Below the pieces are notes generated by a model. That model had not been told where the DNA came from. It searched no databases and was given only the letters and a program-made list of their open reading frames with translations. A stretch of DNA of 64,000 nucleotides, taken from an uncultured Planctomycetales bacterium (lineage in GTDB: Bacteria > Omnitrophota > Gorgyraeia > Gygaellales > Profunditerraquicolaceae). A program made the translations under genes and the position numbers. Within the stretch, counting starts at the first letter, position 1, and each line of letters begins with the position of its first letter. The stretch spans positions 221,812-285,811 of the forward strand of contig CAZJFL010000001.1 in the NCBI GenBank assembly GCA_964545575.1, written 5' to 3'. Shown one piece after another: positions 1-15,000 of the stretch.

Positions 1-3000
1 GGCGGTCTGCCGGAGCATTGGCTGTCTCAAGGAAAAAGGTTTCACCCGTAGCCAGCGCCTGACAGGCAACCGGCAGCATCATATTTACCAACCTATCAAT
101 ATAATATTGCCTTCCCTGGTCTTTTGCCTTAGAATCCTTAAGATAGCCCTTGCTCCTCAAGAACTCCTCAATCATTTTCTTAAAACGCTGGTAGTCCATT
201 TTTTTCTTAATCTCCCTGATCTCATCACGTAGAGAGCTCAATTCCCCTGCCAGTTTATCCATCACTTCCTCCGGGACTTCTTCTCCCTGCTGGCTGCGCT
301 GGGTTGCCTCCTGATATTCATTCTCAGCCTTATCTACGGCAAGATTAAACTCGGCCAGTTGCTGCTTTAGATCTTCGGCTGACTCAGCCACGTCGAACCT
401 GCCCACATCATAATCCGCAAGCAGGCGATAGTGGAAAGGCAGGCGGCTACGCATACTGTCTACGCTCAGAGAGAAGTAGCGATGGCGTATTTCCGGGCGC
501 GCCTGCGGATTAATCTCATCATAGACATCGTAGTGGCGCTGCTCCAGGGCGAGCTTAAGAGCCGGCAGAATCTTGATAATATTTTCTGGCAAATCCTTCT
601 GGCGAGGCTCGTCATTAATCATGACTAATAAATCCTCGGCGATCTTCTCCCTATTCACTTCTTGTGCCTGGTCACGGGGCAGGCGCAAAACTTTAAAACC
701 GCATTTGACCTCATGGCCGTAAAGATGGTTCAAGAGGATAAAGATTGAATTAAAAGTCCTTTCCAGGCGCGGCAGGGTCAAGGACGCGGAATCAAAGCCT
801 AAGATGAACAGGATTATTGCCCCGACTAAGTCATTAGACGGCCAGTCCCCGCAGAAGCCGAGGGAAATCTTTTTCTTGGGGTCTTGGATCTTTTGATTAT
901 GCCGTTTGATCTCATTTGCCAGCGTAGCTAACATACGGATGAGCGAGATAGCCCGGTTATTCAAACTATCAAACCACGGCGCTCCCATCATCATCCTGTC
1001 CACGGCTTTGGTAAATTGTAATTGGTCGTTGCCTCCGACAGAACCAAACCCTATGCCTACTTCAATGAACGGCCGTATTTCAAAGGCCTGCGGCGTTTCA
1101 TTCATTATCCCTATTGTGATTTTATTTCTGTCTAAACCGACCTCATCAATGACCTGCAGAAGATCCACGAATTGTTGCGGGTCATACACTACCGGCGCAA
1201 AAATCCTGATCAGATAGCGATTTTTATCTACCAACGCCTTTATCGCCCGTAACTGCATCTTTAGGATCCGCTTATCATCAAGCATCATCCGGATGCCGCG
1301 GTATCCGGCCATGGGGTCGCGGTCTCTTACCACGCGGGAACCGGGCAGTTTCTCCAGCTCATCGCTCTTCCTGTCATCCAGGCGGCCAAAGAGGTACTTC
1401 TTGATCTGCTCGACAATTAAATATAAACAGAACTTATCTTGCTCTGCGGCGCGTTTATATAGCTGCTCGAATTTTTCCAGGTAATAGTGCGGGCCTTCCG
1501 GAACGGCTTCTGCGCCATAGGCGATGCCGGTCAATTGCGCCAAAAGCGTGCTTTGGTGTTCAAGGGCAGTCTGGCGGTAGGCTTTTTTATACATTTCTGC
1601 CAGCTGCATTGCTTCTTCCTGAAGCCGGGGATCGTTAATCTGCTGGGTCAATTTCATTAAGACCTCGGGCCAGACGCGGAATGTCTCGCTGATGCCTTCC
1701 AGGCCCCGGGAGAGTATCTGAATGTAGCGCTCTTCTGCCGATAACCAGCCCGAGGTAATCTTATCAAAAAACTCTATCAGCTTTCTGTCTTCCGATTTGT
1801 CCGGCTCATAGGGCTGATGCTCGGGATCATCCAGATAAGCCTTGTAGAATTCAAGGCCGGAGGTAATCTGCTCTTGGCTGCCGGCCTGCGCCGCCACAAT
1901 GCGCTTCTCTAATACGCGCAACTTCAGGTGCGCTAATTCGCTGTGCCGGGCAAGAGCCATACCCAGCCAAGCCCGCTCTTGCGCAGTCAGCCCTTCGTTA
2001 TCCATTTTCTTCAACATATTAAGATAGCGGTAATTATCGTAGCAGATAGCGCCTTCAGGGGCACAGCCAATCAGGCCGAGGAGCTGTTCAAAGCGCACCA
2101 GCCCGGAAACATAGGCATCAGGGCGCTTGCCTCCAAAGGGGCGCGCCTTTTGCGCGGTATCCGGTGCGTTGATATTTAAACCCAGCCTAAAACCTTCGGG
2201 CAATAAAGGCAATTCATCTACATTAAAATCATTACCCACGGGCTTGAGCTTATCCGAATGGTCTCCGGCAAAAATAATGCCTTTGCTGGCTACTACCGTG
2301 ACTTTACGGCCGTTATATAATTTGTTCAGGTCCGGAAGGCCGGTAATCACCACCCATCCGAACTCCGTCGCCATAATCGCGGTATGCGACTGCCTGCCGC
2401 CGACTAAAGTGACAATTGCCTTTGCCTGATGCATCGCCACATCCATATCCGGAGTCCCTTCTTCGGTAACCATAATTCTTCCCTTGACCTTATACCAATC
2501 CTGCGGCTTATTCTTAAAAGTCCAGATCACCCGTCCGGCTTCAGCGCCTTCACTGTGGAAGGTAGGGTCTTCATAAAGTACTAAACCTTGCTGACGCAAC
2601 ATCTCAACGTCCTTCTCGCTCATATCCTTGTATCTTAAGAAAATAACCGCGGGGTTCTTCTGGTTCCGGCTTGTCTCAGGCCTGACCTGCGTATAAACGA
2701 AGACATACTGATAGCGCGGATTTCCGGCATGGTCGCGGGCAATGCCGTCCGGTTGATTCGGGTCTTGGACATAGAGCGGCCTTGTCTCCCGGTCGCGCCT
2801 GATCACTAACCCACCTTCATAATCCTGATACATATCAAAGTATTCATACATCGTGCGGGCTACCAGGCCCATCTGGCCCAAAAGCTCCCAGTCAGTAGTT
2901 ACCGGCTTTCCTTTCAGCGCCTGGGGAAACTTTAAGGTAATCAGGCCGGCATCCTTCTCTTCACCATCTTGATTTTCCGTAGCGCCCAAGACATTAGGCA

Positions 3001-6000
3001 CCTGCCACGCCTGCCTGTCTTCGGAAATCTGATACTGCCTTAACTCTCCGTTAAAACGCACAAAGGCATTATCCGTGGTGGCTTTATTAGCCACAATGGC
3101 ATTAGCCGCACCCTCCACTAAACTCAAGTCTAATTCCGGCATACCGGTGTTGCGGTTGACGCCAAAGCCGACACAGCCGATATCAAAAATCCCCATCTGC
3201 TGGAACACCGAGCTCATTTTCACATTATCATCATAGATAGGAAACGGCGGGACTTGCTTCAGGCGGTAATCAATACTGCGGAAGTTAAATAATGAACGCT
3301 GATTCGCCAGCCACTCTTTGACAAATAGGTCTATTTCATCCTCTGTTACCGGCCCGATCACGGCATCCTGAAGCTTTAACTCTTCTACTAATGCCTTTAA
3401 TACCGCGTTCCAGGGTTCAACCGAAACACCCCATTTAGAGGCGTCGAGATAAAGAGAGATCTCCGCCGCTTTCATCGCCTCAACAATTATCTTTAATTTC
3501 CCCCAGGGGTCAGGCTGCTGAGCGAGTTTTGCTTCTGTGTCGGGGATATTAATCTTACGGTTGCCCAGAATCGCCAGCACCTTAAGGATCATCACAAAAA
3601 GCGAAGTATCCTGCCTGCCGGCAAAAGAAGCGGCTTCGCTATCTTCGCCCAGAGCAGAACTACGGATTGCCAGTATCAGGAGCCTCTCTGTAACCCCCAG
3701 GCGCTCCGCCATCTGCTTTAAACTTTCGCGCATCTCCTGAATTAAATCCGGGGCAATCTTGGCCTTACCCCATTCTAAATCTGCTTTGAACTTTTGGGAG
3801 CACTCGGTAAGCAAAATAAAGTACTGCTTGGTGTATTCCGGATCCTGTTTAGCTTCCTGGTCGCTGATTTGCTCTTTTGTTTTATTCTGCTGGTCGGCTA
3901 ATCTTTGTTTAGCCTGATCAATCAGGACGGGTAATTTTCTCTGGAGTTCTGCGGCAAGCGCTTTAAACTTCTCATCGTATCCGGGATTGGCAGCGATGAG
4001 CTTATCCGAAAAAGCCCTGCCGGCAGTAGCCAGGGCAGCCAAGGTTACGGCGCCCGGCGCATCCATCATCATCCCGGTATAGCAGGTCTTTCCGCCGAGT
4101 AAAGCAGCATCGCGGGCATCCACTTCATAGTCCCAGACAATGGTGCGGTCTTTAATTAAATCCTGATCCGCCAGATAATGGCCTTTCATCAGGAAGGTGG
4201 CTGTCCTGTCTTTATACTTATCAGCAGGGTCTTCTCCTTCGGGAGGGGCCTGATATTCATTGACTACGATCAGGCCGGGGTAATCACGGGCAATTGTCCT
4301 GAGCAACTTTTCTGCTGCTTCGGGCGTGAACGGCTCTCCTTCGGGAGTGCAGAGGGCAAAGAAACCGAACTCCCGGACTAATGCGTCTAAGGCTTGCCTG
4401 GCCTTAAATGAGCGGGTACGCTCCATCTGATCAATGAGCCATAATTTTTTCTCTGCGTCGGTGAGGAAGCGTTTTTCGCTGCGGATTTGCTGCCTGAGAT
4501 TAAAAAGTTTGATTGCATCTTCCAGGCGGTTCTGGTTGCCGGTGGCTTTACTTACCTGCGCGATACGGTTGACTACTACCTCTTGCTTCGCTATATCATC
4601 GGTTGAGGTATGCCTATCTCTTAAGTATAAGTCAGTTAAGATCCGAACAAAAAGCCCGGGCTTGACGCGCCTCATCCCTAAGCGCAACAGGTATTCCATA
4701 AAATCTAATTCGATGTAAGCAGTTTTTCTCCTTTTATCTACTGCGTAATGGCGTTCCCCTAATTTTCCGGAACGCACCAGGATGATCCGGGTATCTTTGA
4801 GAAGATCCGCCAAATATTGGAACTCTCCCTTACCTAAATAATGACGCAAGAAGTTGTAGGCTAAGGGTATGATCTTGGTGTAGCGCGGCAGGTCTAATCT
4901 GCCGACAGGAACATCTTCCATATTAGGGAAGCGGGTGGCATTGATAAGCAGGAGATCGCCGTTTCCTAAGACAAAGGCGCCGTTGTATTTAGTCAGCCAC
5001 AGCCTTCTTCTGCCCCTCTGGTATAAACCGACTTCATCGCGGGCAATCAGTTCGTCTAAAGTTGCCTTATCAAAGCGAAGCGTTAATGATTTTTTACGCC
5101 GCGGGTCAAAAGCCTGCACCGCTATTTTCCAGACGTTTTTGGCAGCGGGTTTCTGCTGGAGCGCTTTTGCTTGCCGTCCTTTTGCGGCAGCTAAACCTAG
5201 GGCCATCCCGTATTCCCTATCAAGCTGCACCTCAAAGATGGAGCACGCTCCGATAAAAGGAGTTAATTCATCGGGGTGAGCATAGAAATAATCTTCGCTT
5301 AATTTGCGGGCTGACTGACAGTCTAACTTTCGGAGGAGGGCGCCTTCGATATCATGGCGGATAATATCATCAATCATCCTTTGGTAGGCTTTACCTTCGG
5401 AAGAATTTTTATCCGGCGGAGCGCGGGCAGCCACACTTTCTAAGACCGCAACTTTTCCCAGCACGGTCTCGGTATCGGCAGCCCTTCCGCTGGCTGTCCT
5501 GGTTACCACCTCAACGTATTTAGCCTTGTCGCCAAAGTAACTCTTAAACTGATCCAGTTTATCTCTGGCCATCTCAACCGCTTCGCCGGTATAAGTAGAA
5601 GGATGCGGATGGCGGGCGCTGCCGGGCTTTCCAGCCTTGAACCAGCTACGGGCATACCCGCTTATCTTCTTTATTATTTGCTCAGGCAAAGTAGGGTTGA
5701 AGTTCGTCAGATACGCAGAATATACTATTGTGGCAATACCGATAATTAGGCCAATGATTTTAATCAAAGGATGGGGATGCGCTATTTTAGGCAGAAGTTT
5801 AGCGAAGAATATATTTTCCTCTAAGGCTGTAACTACTACGAAGAAGGCAGTAGCCAGGCCGATTCTTTGTTTGGCTGCGCCGATGGCTGCGCGCATAGCT
5901 AGAGCCGGGTCCGCATATCTGGCTTTAGATTCAGGAAGATAGGCCTTGGTCAGGGCCTTGGTGCCGTAAGGCCCGAGGCTGTAGAAGGCAATCGAGGCCA

Positions 6001-9000
6001 AAACTAGCAGCCCGACAACCCAGAAAGGCTTAATCATCGGGGCAAGAGAAAAATCAAATATAGCATTGCCTTTGGCAAGAAGCTTGCCCGGCAGATATAC
6101 AGTCAAAACTACTAACACCATGTGCCAGAAACACGACCCCACCACCACCATCAGCGGATCCGGCCTTGGTCCGCGTTCTAATTTAGCGGCGGTAGGGCTG
6201 GGATTTCCGCCGCGCTGCATCAGGTGGCCCATAAAGATGATGTAGAGGCCGTAGAATAAATCTACCCCTATCAAACAGGCATAGGCGATGGCAGTGGCTT
6301 TGTTAAGGTGAATTAAAGATGTCAGGTATTGCCACGCCAATTTATGCTGCATAGCAGCGAGGGTAGTGATAATACCGATTAAGGTCATGCTGTTTAAGGC
6401 CCACTGGTTGATATTGGTGGGCATCAGCTTAAGGTACTTGGCGAGCCTGCCGAAAGGCTTAGCCTCATCTAGAGCAAGCTTAGGCTTACCTGCTTCAACT
6501 GCCACCTTTTTACTGCCTCCTCTGATGATTATCTCCGTAATAATCATCGCCGGTATATTGACCGCGGCAATAAAGAGAGAAACTTCGGTGTTAGTAACGC
6601 CGGTAGTCTTTACGGCAAAGAAGGCTAAAGAAAGGGCGATCAGCGGCTGCAATGCCCCTACGATAAGCCATGCCAGCCAGTCGCGCTTCCACTCTGCGTT
6701 AAAAGAGTTATCTAATTTTAAAGCTTTATATATCACGTAAGGTACGAATCCTACCGCCAGCCACGCCCTTCTCGCCCCTTTATACTTAAACAAATCTTGC
6801 CTTAAATCTTTGAGGAAGGTGGGATTTTCTTTAGCTATGGCTTTGATAAGCTTGTAAAATAGGTAGCTGATCCCCGGCACTTCAGTCCAGGCGCTTCTCC
6901 AGAAGCAGATCCGCATAAAGTGATAAATAGTGACTAGCGGAGCGCCCATAGGCAGCTTCTTGGGGAGCAGGAAGACCTGGCATAAGCTGGAAGCGATGGT
7001 GAGGATAAAGAATACGGTCAGGGAATGTTTATCTTCGAAGATATTTTTGAGGAAGGACTTTATTGTTGTAACAATAGGTGGCGCGTTGGTCTGTTTGGAC
7101 CAGAAGAATAAGGCGATGAAAGCAAAAGCAGAAATCCCCAAGGCACGGCCTAAACCAAACGCAGGAACAGTAAAACCTCCCTGCTGCCCGGCAAAGAGCG
7201 GGGCGATGAAGGCGCTGGCGAGGAAGCCGATGATCGCGATACTGAAGAACTTTGGATAAGTATTGGTGCGCCTGGGATAAACTGGCGAAGGTCTAGCTTG
7301 CGGATTCTCTGTGATAACGTCACCTTGACTATGCATATCCTGATTTAATTTTACCCGATGATTCCTGCGGCCTAAGTATTTGCCTAAGGGGCCGGCAAAA
7401 ATTAAGCCTGCTATCGATAAAACGCCGAATACAATACTCAATGTAATAGGTAATGGCGAATTAGCTGACTTGGCAGTGGTTTCTGCACCTAATGGTACTC
7501 CTTGCGCCAGAGCAGGCAGAAGCAGCATGGCGGCGATGGCGATGCAGGCGAGGGTGTGGCGGTTTGTGCTAGTCGGCGCCTGGGCCACAGCAGAAGGCAC
7601 TTCTCTATCAATCGCATCCAATTTCAGTAAAACCCTGGCAATTCCCTCCCTGACCCCCGGCCTAGAACTATTTGTCTGAATATGTGCCAGGACCATACGA
7701 AAAGATGGACGATTAACGCACTGCCTATAAATAGTTACTAATAACTCTTCTGCCGTCGCTGCTACTTGGGGTTGGGAATCAGCTAAAGCACCGCCGGCTA
7801 TAGCCCCGATTGCGATTTTCATGTGTACAGGGGTAAAAGCGGCCATCTGCGGTATCAATGGCTTTAGCCTCTCGGCCGTGCGGAGGCTGCATTTCCCTAA
7901 TACACCCACGACTGCCTTAATTTCCCCGTCATTAACGAACTTGGCGCCTTGTACAATTAATCCTCCAGCTAAATCAGCGGTCTTTGCATCAAAGTCATTT
8001 TGTACATTTTGTAAAGCGTTAAGCAGAAGATTGATGGTATGGTGTGCCTCAGGCGGATTATTGTGCATGCGGCCTCTTAACTCTTTGCTCACTGCCTCCT
8101 GGTACGATAGATTACCCAGATAGCGTACTAACTCCGCCGAATTCATCGCGGATATATCGGATATCTTGGCTGAGCCTGATGGCGAAGAGGAACGGGGTTT
8201 TACTGGAGTAGGATGCAGCCTGGCCGGCGAGAGGCGGCGATAAAATATTCCCCCCACCATCAATCCTGCCAGCGGCAGCGAGCCGGCGGCTAGAGAGTGA
8301 TGGCCTAAGAGCCAGAACGCTGCCAGCGCCGCGGCGCCGAGGAGGGCTAAAATTATATACGGACCCGCGAAGATATCTTTGCGTTTTAAGGCATGGCGGC
8401 GGTAAATTGTTACAGCAAGGAAAACTACTCCGGCGACAACTGCGCCAATACTTATCCAGAATATTATATTGGCAATAGTTAAGGCAGTGCTGAACGGCCC
8501 ACCTAGACTGCCCCAGCCATCTGATGCTCTGTGTACGCCATCGATAATACCATTAGCCCCCTTGACAATATCGACTTTTTGAGTGAGGAATAAAACCGGC
8601 GCACCGGCAAAGAAGGCGGGGATAGCGCCTCTGATGCCATCCGGAAGTCTATCTATAATTAGCCTTAGTTGCTTTACTAGCCTAAAATATTCGGTCTTGT
8701 TTCTGGGTATTCCGTATTTTCCCGCGCCTTCTTCCTGACGGAATCCTAACTTGTATGCCTGCATGCTGCGTAAAATATCGTCTGCCTCTAAGATGCCTTT
8801 AATTGTATTTAGAGATAATACCTTGGCTCTCTTAAGAACAAAACTCCACATGCCCTCCTGGCCAAAATTGTCTGCTCCTAATAAGGTAACCGGCAAGACC
8901 TGCGTGGGTGACGGCGTCGCAGTAATCACCAGCATATCCCCTTCTTTCATTTCGCCTATCATCGTGGCATAGAAGTCAACGTGGGTGCCGTGCGTCCTTT

Positions 9001-12000
9001 CGGGATCCAAATATTTTATCACGTGTATGGCCGGCTGCTGCTTAGCCTCTAGCGGCGTCTTGCCTATGGCGCCGTCTACAAATTTGAAATTAATAACCTT
9101 GTTACCGGCCTTTAATCTGACCCTGATAGTTAAGGTTTTCTTATCCGCGCTTAAAGATTCTTTCAAGACTCTAAAACCCTGCTTTGACAGCTCATTCCTG
9201 AAACAATCGCTGCTGCTCTGAAGCGAGGCGGGGTCAGAAAAATCGTACTTCCTCTCCAGTAAGATAACCGTCTCTACTGACGGGCAGGACTTGACTAAAT
9301 CTGCGATTCCGGCAACATCAAAATATGCTCCCGGATAATAGATTACTTTCTTATCGCTTAAGGCATCCTTGATATATAAAGAACGTAATGCTTTAAAATA
9401 ACCCTGCGTAAACTTATAACCAGGCGTTAACCTGGCCTGCCAGCCATACTTATTGTGATCATCCAATTCTTCTTCTGCCTTCAAGGCGATCATCCAAGGG
9501 GCAAGGCCTAAATATTTCTTAATTAACCTCACTACCCCGCCTGCGCCAAGATCAGATTTCTTTTGTTCCGGCTTGATATTATATTCTGGCAGAATGCACA
9601 GCAGGGCAAAAAGCTCGTTCTCTGCATCTGTGCTTTCAGGATGAGCGATGACTCTGGCTTCATGGATAAGGGTAAGTAATAATTCAGTGCGGTTTGCATG
9701 ATTATTTAGAAGGGCCTCATCGAGATCAAGAATTTTGTTGCGGTAGGTTCCCCATATATAGGTAAACGGCCCGGCGCGGGTGACGATAGTATGGCGCATC
9801 TTTTCTAAGGCTGTGGTTACGCGATGGTCTTTACTGCCTACCTTAACCCTACGTATAGCTTCCTTGATAGCAGCATCAAGATAAGTTCTATCCGTAATCT
9901 TTTTGGCCTTGGCAATATCTTCTTGAATCTGCGCCTCTGTCGGCTGCATCCCGGGCTTTTTGCGGTGCGGGTCGGCTGAGGAAGCGGCGCTGGCAGCCTC
10001 CACCATTTCTTTAGCGAACTCATAATCATACAACGGCCTGCCGTCGCTGGTCCTTAAAGTCGCCCTGAGGATATCATAGAGATGCGGCCGCTGTTCTTCA
10101 AAGGGAGTATTCAGGCCGACGATTTGCTTACGCTTACGCTCCACTGCCTGAAGCCCAAGGTAGAAGGTTTCCAGGTCAAAGTTATCCAACAATATTTGTT
10201 CGGCTCTCTCCTGCGATATTCTAGATTGCACCAGCAATCCCTGCCCGGCCGCTGCGATATCGCGCTCAAACATCTCTTCCTTTGCCTTAAGCGCGGCTAA
10301 TAATTCAGTGTGGGCTTTTTCTGCGCGGTCTGGACGCGAACTCTGCTTCTCCAGTATATGGGCGACCTCAATTAAAGCAGTGTATTTGGCAACATAGTGT
10401 CCTTTTTCTTCTCTGATCCGCTCAAGCACGGTAAGCAGGTCCACCCCTTCGCCTTCTTCTACGCCGCCTAAATAAGAGATGATTGCCCGCTTTATCATAT
10501 GCCTGCCGATATCGCGGTGCGCCTGCCAATAAGGCTTACCCTGGGCGCGGCTTACTAAAAGGCCGAAGGTCAATTCCGTGGAGAGCACTGCCTGCATGCT
10601 TATAGGCTTGACCTGCATGATATGGATAAGGTGCTCCGGGTCAAGGCAGATATCCCGCGTCCCGTCTTCTTTTCTCTTGTTGCGGTCAATGCGGCGCTGC
10701 AGGTGATGCCTTAATACGCGCTTTAACATCCTGCTGGTAATATCGGTAATGCTGCCGATTTCAGGCACGCTTTTACCTTCAAACATCTCTCTGAAGTTCC
10801 AGTCAAATTCATCGACGCAGTTTAATACCCCTTTGCCGCCGTAACGCTTTGCCCGGTTATATAACTCTGTAAGCCCTTTTAAATCCTGCTCGTACTTGGC
10901 GGGGTTATCTTTTTGCTTGGCTACAACTGCCTCCTGGATAGCTGTTAAATCTATGCCCTTTTTAAATTTAAATATCTTTAAGTCGGCTTCGCGGGGGATA
11001 TCGCCCTTCTTTCTCTCCTGGGGAATTTCGTCAAAAAGGCCAAGATAATCGTCGGTTAATTGACATGCATAAACCTGGCCGTCAGTGCGGTATAAGGCCT
11101 CTTCAAAACCGGTGGAAGCGCCCGAGGGAGTGCCGGAGACCTCTTCTAAGAACATGCTGAATTTCTTACTATTCGGCACGCCCAAATAACCCCAAATCCC
11201 TAAAGTAGGATGGCCGGTATTTAAGGGTTCCTCCATCGCCAGGATATGGGTGCAGATTAAACTCTGCATTAATTTTTCGGTATCCGCTTCCTCCTCTTTA
11301 ATCCTGGCCTCTTCTTTAGCCAAGGCATCTGCTGCTAAGCCGGCTTTCCATTTAGCATAGCGCTCAAACATCCAGCGCTTGGCCTGGTCTATCTCTTTTA
11401 CCAGCTCGGTATCTTCGTAAAGCACCCCGCGCTCTGAATTTCCTCCTCCCCCGGTCTTTTGCCCGCGCGCCCTGAAGGCCATGGATAAATGCGGCTCGCG
11501 GCCATGGAAGGGGGCCTTGGAGCGGTGGGAGATGATTACCCCGCCGCCTTTACCGTAGACTACGGTTATGGCCACATCCGTTTCCAGAGTAGTTCCGACC
11601 TGGTTGTATTTAATCAGGGCGTCGTCGATTAAGCCCATTTCAAAGGCCCATTCAATTACTGAATCTTTGGTGGTAATCAGGTCATCACCGATGCGCCTAA
11701 AGGGTATCGGTACCGGCAGGTCTATCTCAATCTTATCTTTGCCCGGGATAATCACTTTTCCGTCGGGAGTCCTTTCAAAGGCAACTACCCTGCTCTGCAA
11801 TTGCCAGCCTGAGGTATCATCCTGGGCTAAGCCGTCCTCAACCGAGAGGATCGGAACGTTCTTCTCGATGATCGCCCTGGCAATAGCCTTTAAGATATCC
11901 ACAGCATCGTATAAATCAGGGTTCTTTGCATCTAGAAAAGCCAGGTATTTCATCGCATCCTCAGCTAATCCTTTCCGCTTACGCGCCTCAAGCACCCATT

Positions 12001-15000
12001 CGCTGCTGGCGATGTCAAAGGCTATTCCTACATCTTCTCCCGGCTCCAAATATTCATCTAAACTTCCTGGCTTGTGCACCGTGCTGATTGCCAAAGTCCC
12101 CAGGCGCCAGTTGCGTTCGTCAGCAAACTTATCCCCCTCTGCCCTCTCGACGATACCGGTAACCCCTCCTTCCGGGCCTTTGCCGCCTAAAGAGCAACCA
12201 TCGGTGCTGGCTAAGAGCCCTTTATATCTATTCTGAATCGCTGTCCTTAAGAGCCGGTCTATTTCCCCGGGATTCTCGTAGAGGCGCGCGCAAAGGATAA
12301 GCATCATCATCTCCTGGGAGCTAAGGTTGGTGCGGAACTTAGGCCAGACGTGCTTAGCACCCATGCCGAAATTTAAAAAATGATGGGCAGCAGCTACTTT
12401 TTCGCCATTCATTAAGACCGTCTCCCAGAGCCGGAAAAACTCCATGTCTAAGTTAAGCCTTAAGATCTTGTATTTAAAATCCCCCTGCGCTACGGGCTTT
12501 GCCTGTTTGGTCTTGCTGTCCCTTTCTCGTTTTGCCTCCAGTTTTCCCGGGTCGGCAAAGATAAAATCCAGGAAGCTCATCTCGCAAAAACTGAAGAACC
12601 ATCTGCCGATATAAGTGAAGAAGATCATCCCTGTTAACTGGCTTAATGCCATAAATAAGGGCCCCCCTATTGCGCCGATAATACTTAACCTGCGGCTGGC
12701 CAGGCGGCCTTCGGCCTCCTGGTCTAACTGCGGCTCTGCCTCGGGTTCAAATTTAACGCCGGTCCTTTTAATCCCCGGGAAGAGCCCGAAGAAGCCTAAA
12801 TAAATCATTTCCAGGTAGAATAAAATCCTTCTTGGCCTAAGCTGTTGTTTTAAGGAAGCAATGAAGGTGAGTTTTTCCTTATTCGTCGCCTCGGCAACAA
12901 TCAGCTCGCGTTCGGCAGTCAAGGTCTTAAAGGAAAACCATTTAAGCTTCATTATCAGGCTAAACTTGAGGTCTTGATAAAAGCGATAAGGCCTCCAGAA
13001 GAAATATTTAAGATTTTTCTTTTTATGCTCCTTGAATTCGTTATCCCGGTAAAAGTTAAAATCTGTCTGCGCCTTCTTTAAATCATTCTCCATCACCTCT
13101 TTGGATTTTAACGCCCCGACCTTAATCGCCTTAAGCACATGGCCTAAGCCTTCGTGCCAGCCCACAGCCGTAGGAAAAGCCACCCCCCAGATCATAGAGC
13201 CATAAAGCGGCTGGATAGAGACGAACATAAATTTTATAATATCCGCCGGATGATTATGCCCCGGGGGCATGCTTAAGGGGGAAAAGATAAAGATTGTCTC
13301 GATACCGGAATCAAAGATATGATTACCTTTGACCCAGTTTGCCTCTAATTTCGCTCTTGCGCCTTCATAAAGCTTCCTTAAGCTCGCCAGCCAGGGCAGT
13401 TGCTGGGCGAGGTCGCTTTCTTGGGCATCCGGGGTCCCTTCTTTCTTCTCCGGACGGCGGCCTACCTCGCCGCGATAGGGCTCAAGCTCATAAATACCCG
13501 AGGCCTCCCTTAAAACCTGGGCCAAGGATTTAGCAAATGGCTGCGCTTGGAGCTTCTGCACTAAAAACATACCAGCCTTAAACAGGTCCTGATAGGCAAC
13601 ATAATTAAAAAGATAAGACCAGAGCTCTAAAGCACAGGTCTTGGCTTTATCTTGCTGATATTTCTCTAAAGCAAGCTGGATACCGGCATTATCCGGCATC
13701 AGCCTAAAGATCTCCTCGCCTACGTATTTAGCAATCGCCTTGGCTAAAACAAGGTTGGCCGTACCCCGGATGCGCTGCCAGAGTTCTTCGCCGTCTAAAT
13801 GCGCAGCCAGCCTGTTTACGGCGCCGGAGGTAACTAAGGAGATCCCTGCGCCAAAACCTAATTTAAGCTGCAGGGCCTGGATCTGCTCAAACTCATCAGA
13901 GCTAGTGCTCAGCTTTCCGCGGCGCATAGATTCGTCCCGGTCTAAGCTAAGCAATTCTTTTTCTATGTCGATCAGGCTGCCGAGTTCCAGTAAGCGCCTG
14001 CCCTGGCCGGTTTCTGCGTCGATAAAGGCAGGCCGGATATAGCGATTAAAATATTCCAGGGCCTTCTGGCAGCCCATTCCGTTAGAGCGCTCAAAACGCA
14101 CGGTAAAAAGCCTCTCCAGCTCAGGGTCCTCCTGGGCCTTAATCAAGGCCAGGGCCTCTTCCCTGTCTTTAAAGAGGCTGGCGTTAAAAGTAAAGTTGCG
14201 GGTAGTCTGGTTAAATCTAAAGAGCGTTCTATATTTAGGGTGCTCTTTGCACCAGAGCTCGTCGAAATACTTCTGCGGCAGATCGTCCATTTCAATGATA
14301 GAATCAGTCAAGACCATGGCGTCCCCGGTTGAATGGATATCCGGGATAGATAAGGCGGCTTCAAATTGCAAGAGATCAAACCATTTCTGGCTGCCGTAGA
14401 TGCCGGCAAGGACATTCAATTTAAAGGTGGGGTCTCCGGAAGCAGTGGGGTATTCGCGCGGGATTAAGGCAGTGATGCGTAAGCGCGAAGCCAAAGTTTG
14501 CGCCAATTGCTCCAGTTCTTCAGGAGGCATCTTTTTAGATTCTTTCTCCAGGCGCTTGACGATCGCCCTTTTAGTCATTTTCACCAATCTTTCGTAGCGG
14601 ATTAAACTAACCATCCCGCTTACCCCGCCTACTGCCAAAACGTTCGGCTCCAGGCCAAGGGTCAGCTGGGTCTCTAAATCGTCGTCTGTACAAAGGGCGC
14701 AGCCGCCAATGGTAACATTCAAGCCTAAGAGCCGGGCAGTTAAAAAGGCATTGATCATCTCAGTCAAGCTCCCGCAACGGCCAGGGACAAGCACCACGGT
14801 ATTGGAATTTCCTTCCTCGCGCTTAAGCCGCGCTGCCAGGTCTTCGATAGAATCATCCCGGCAATAGATAGTGGTATCGTCGGCAATAAAGAGGGTCTGG
14901 CCTAATCCCTTTTCGATTACAGCACCGCTGGCATCCCGTTCTCCATAGTATAATTTATGGCTAGTGGCAGGGTCCTTGCGGTAGCAGGGGTTCTTATACA

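Noticed and set aside
11568-12236. The longest plus-strand ORFs in the track (11568..12236, 22968..23543, 29603..30178, 41559..42113) as genes
   Set aside because: They lie antisense to verified conserved domains on the minus strand. They have S/P/A/L-rich low-complexity composition typical of antisense frames. The whole plus strand shows the same pattern, with no ORF above 225 aa in 64 kb.
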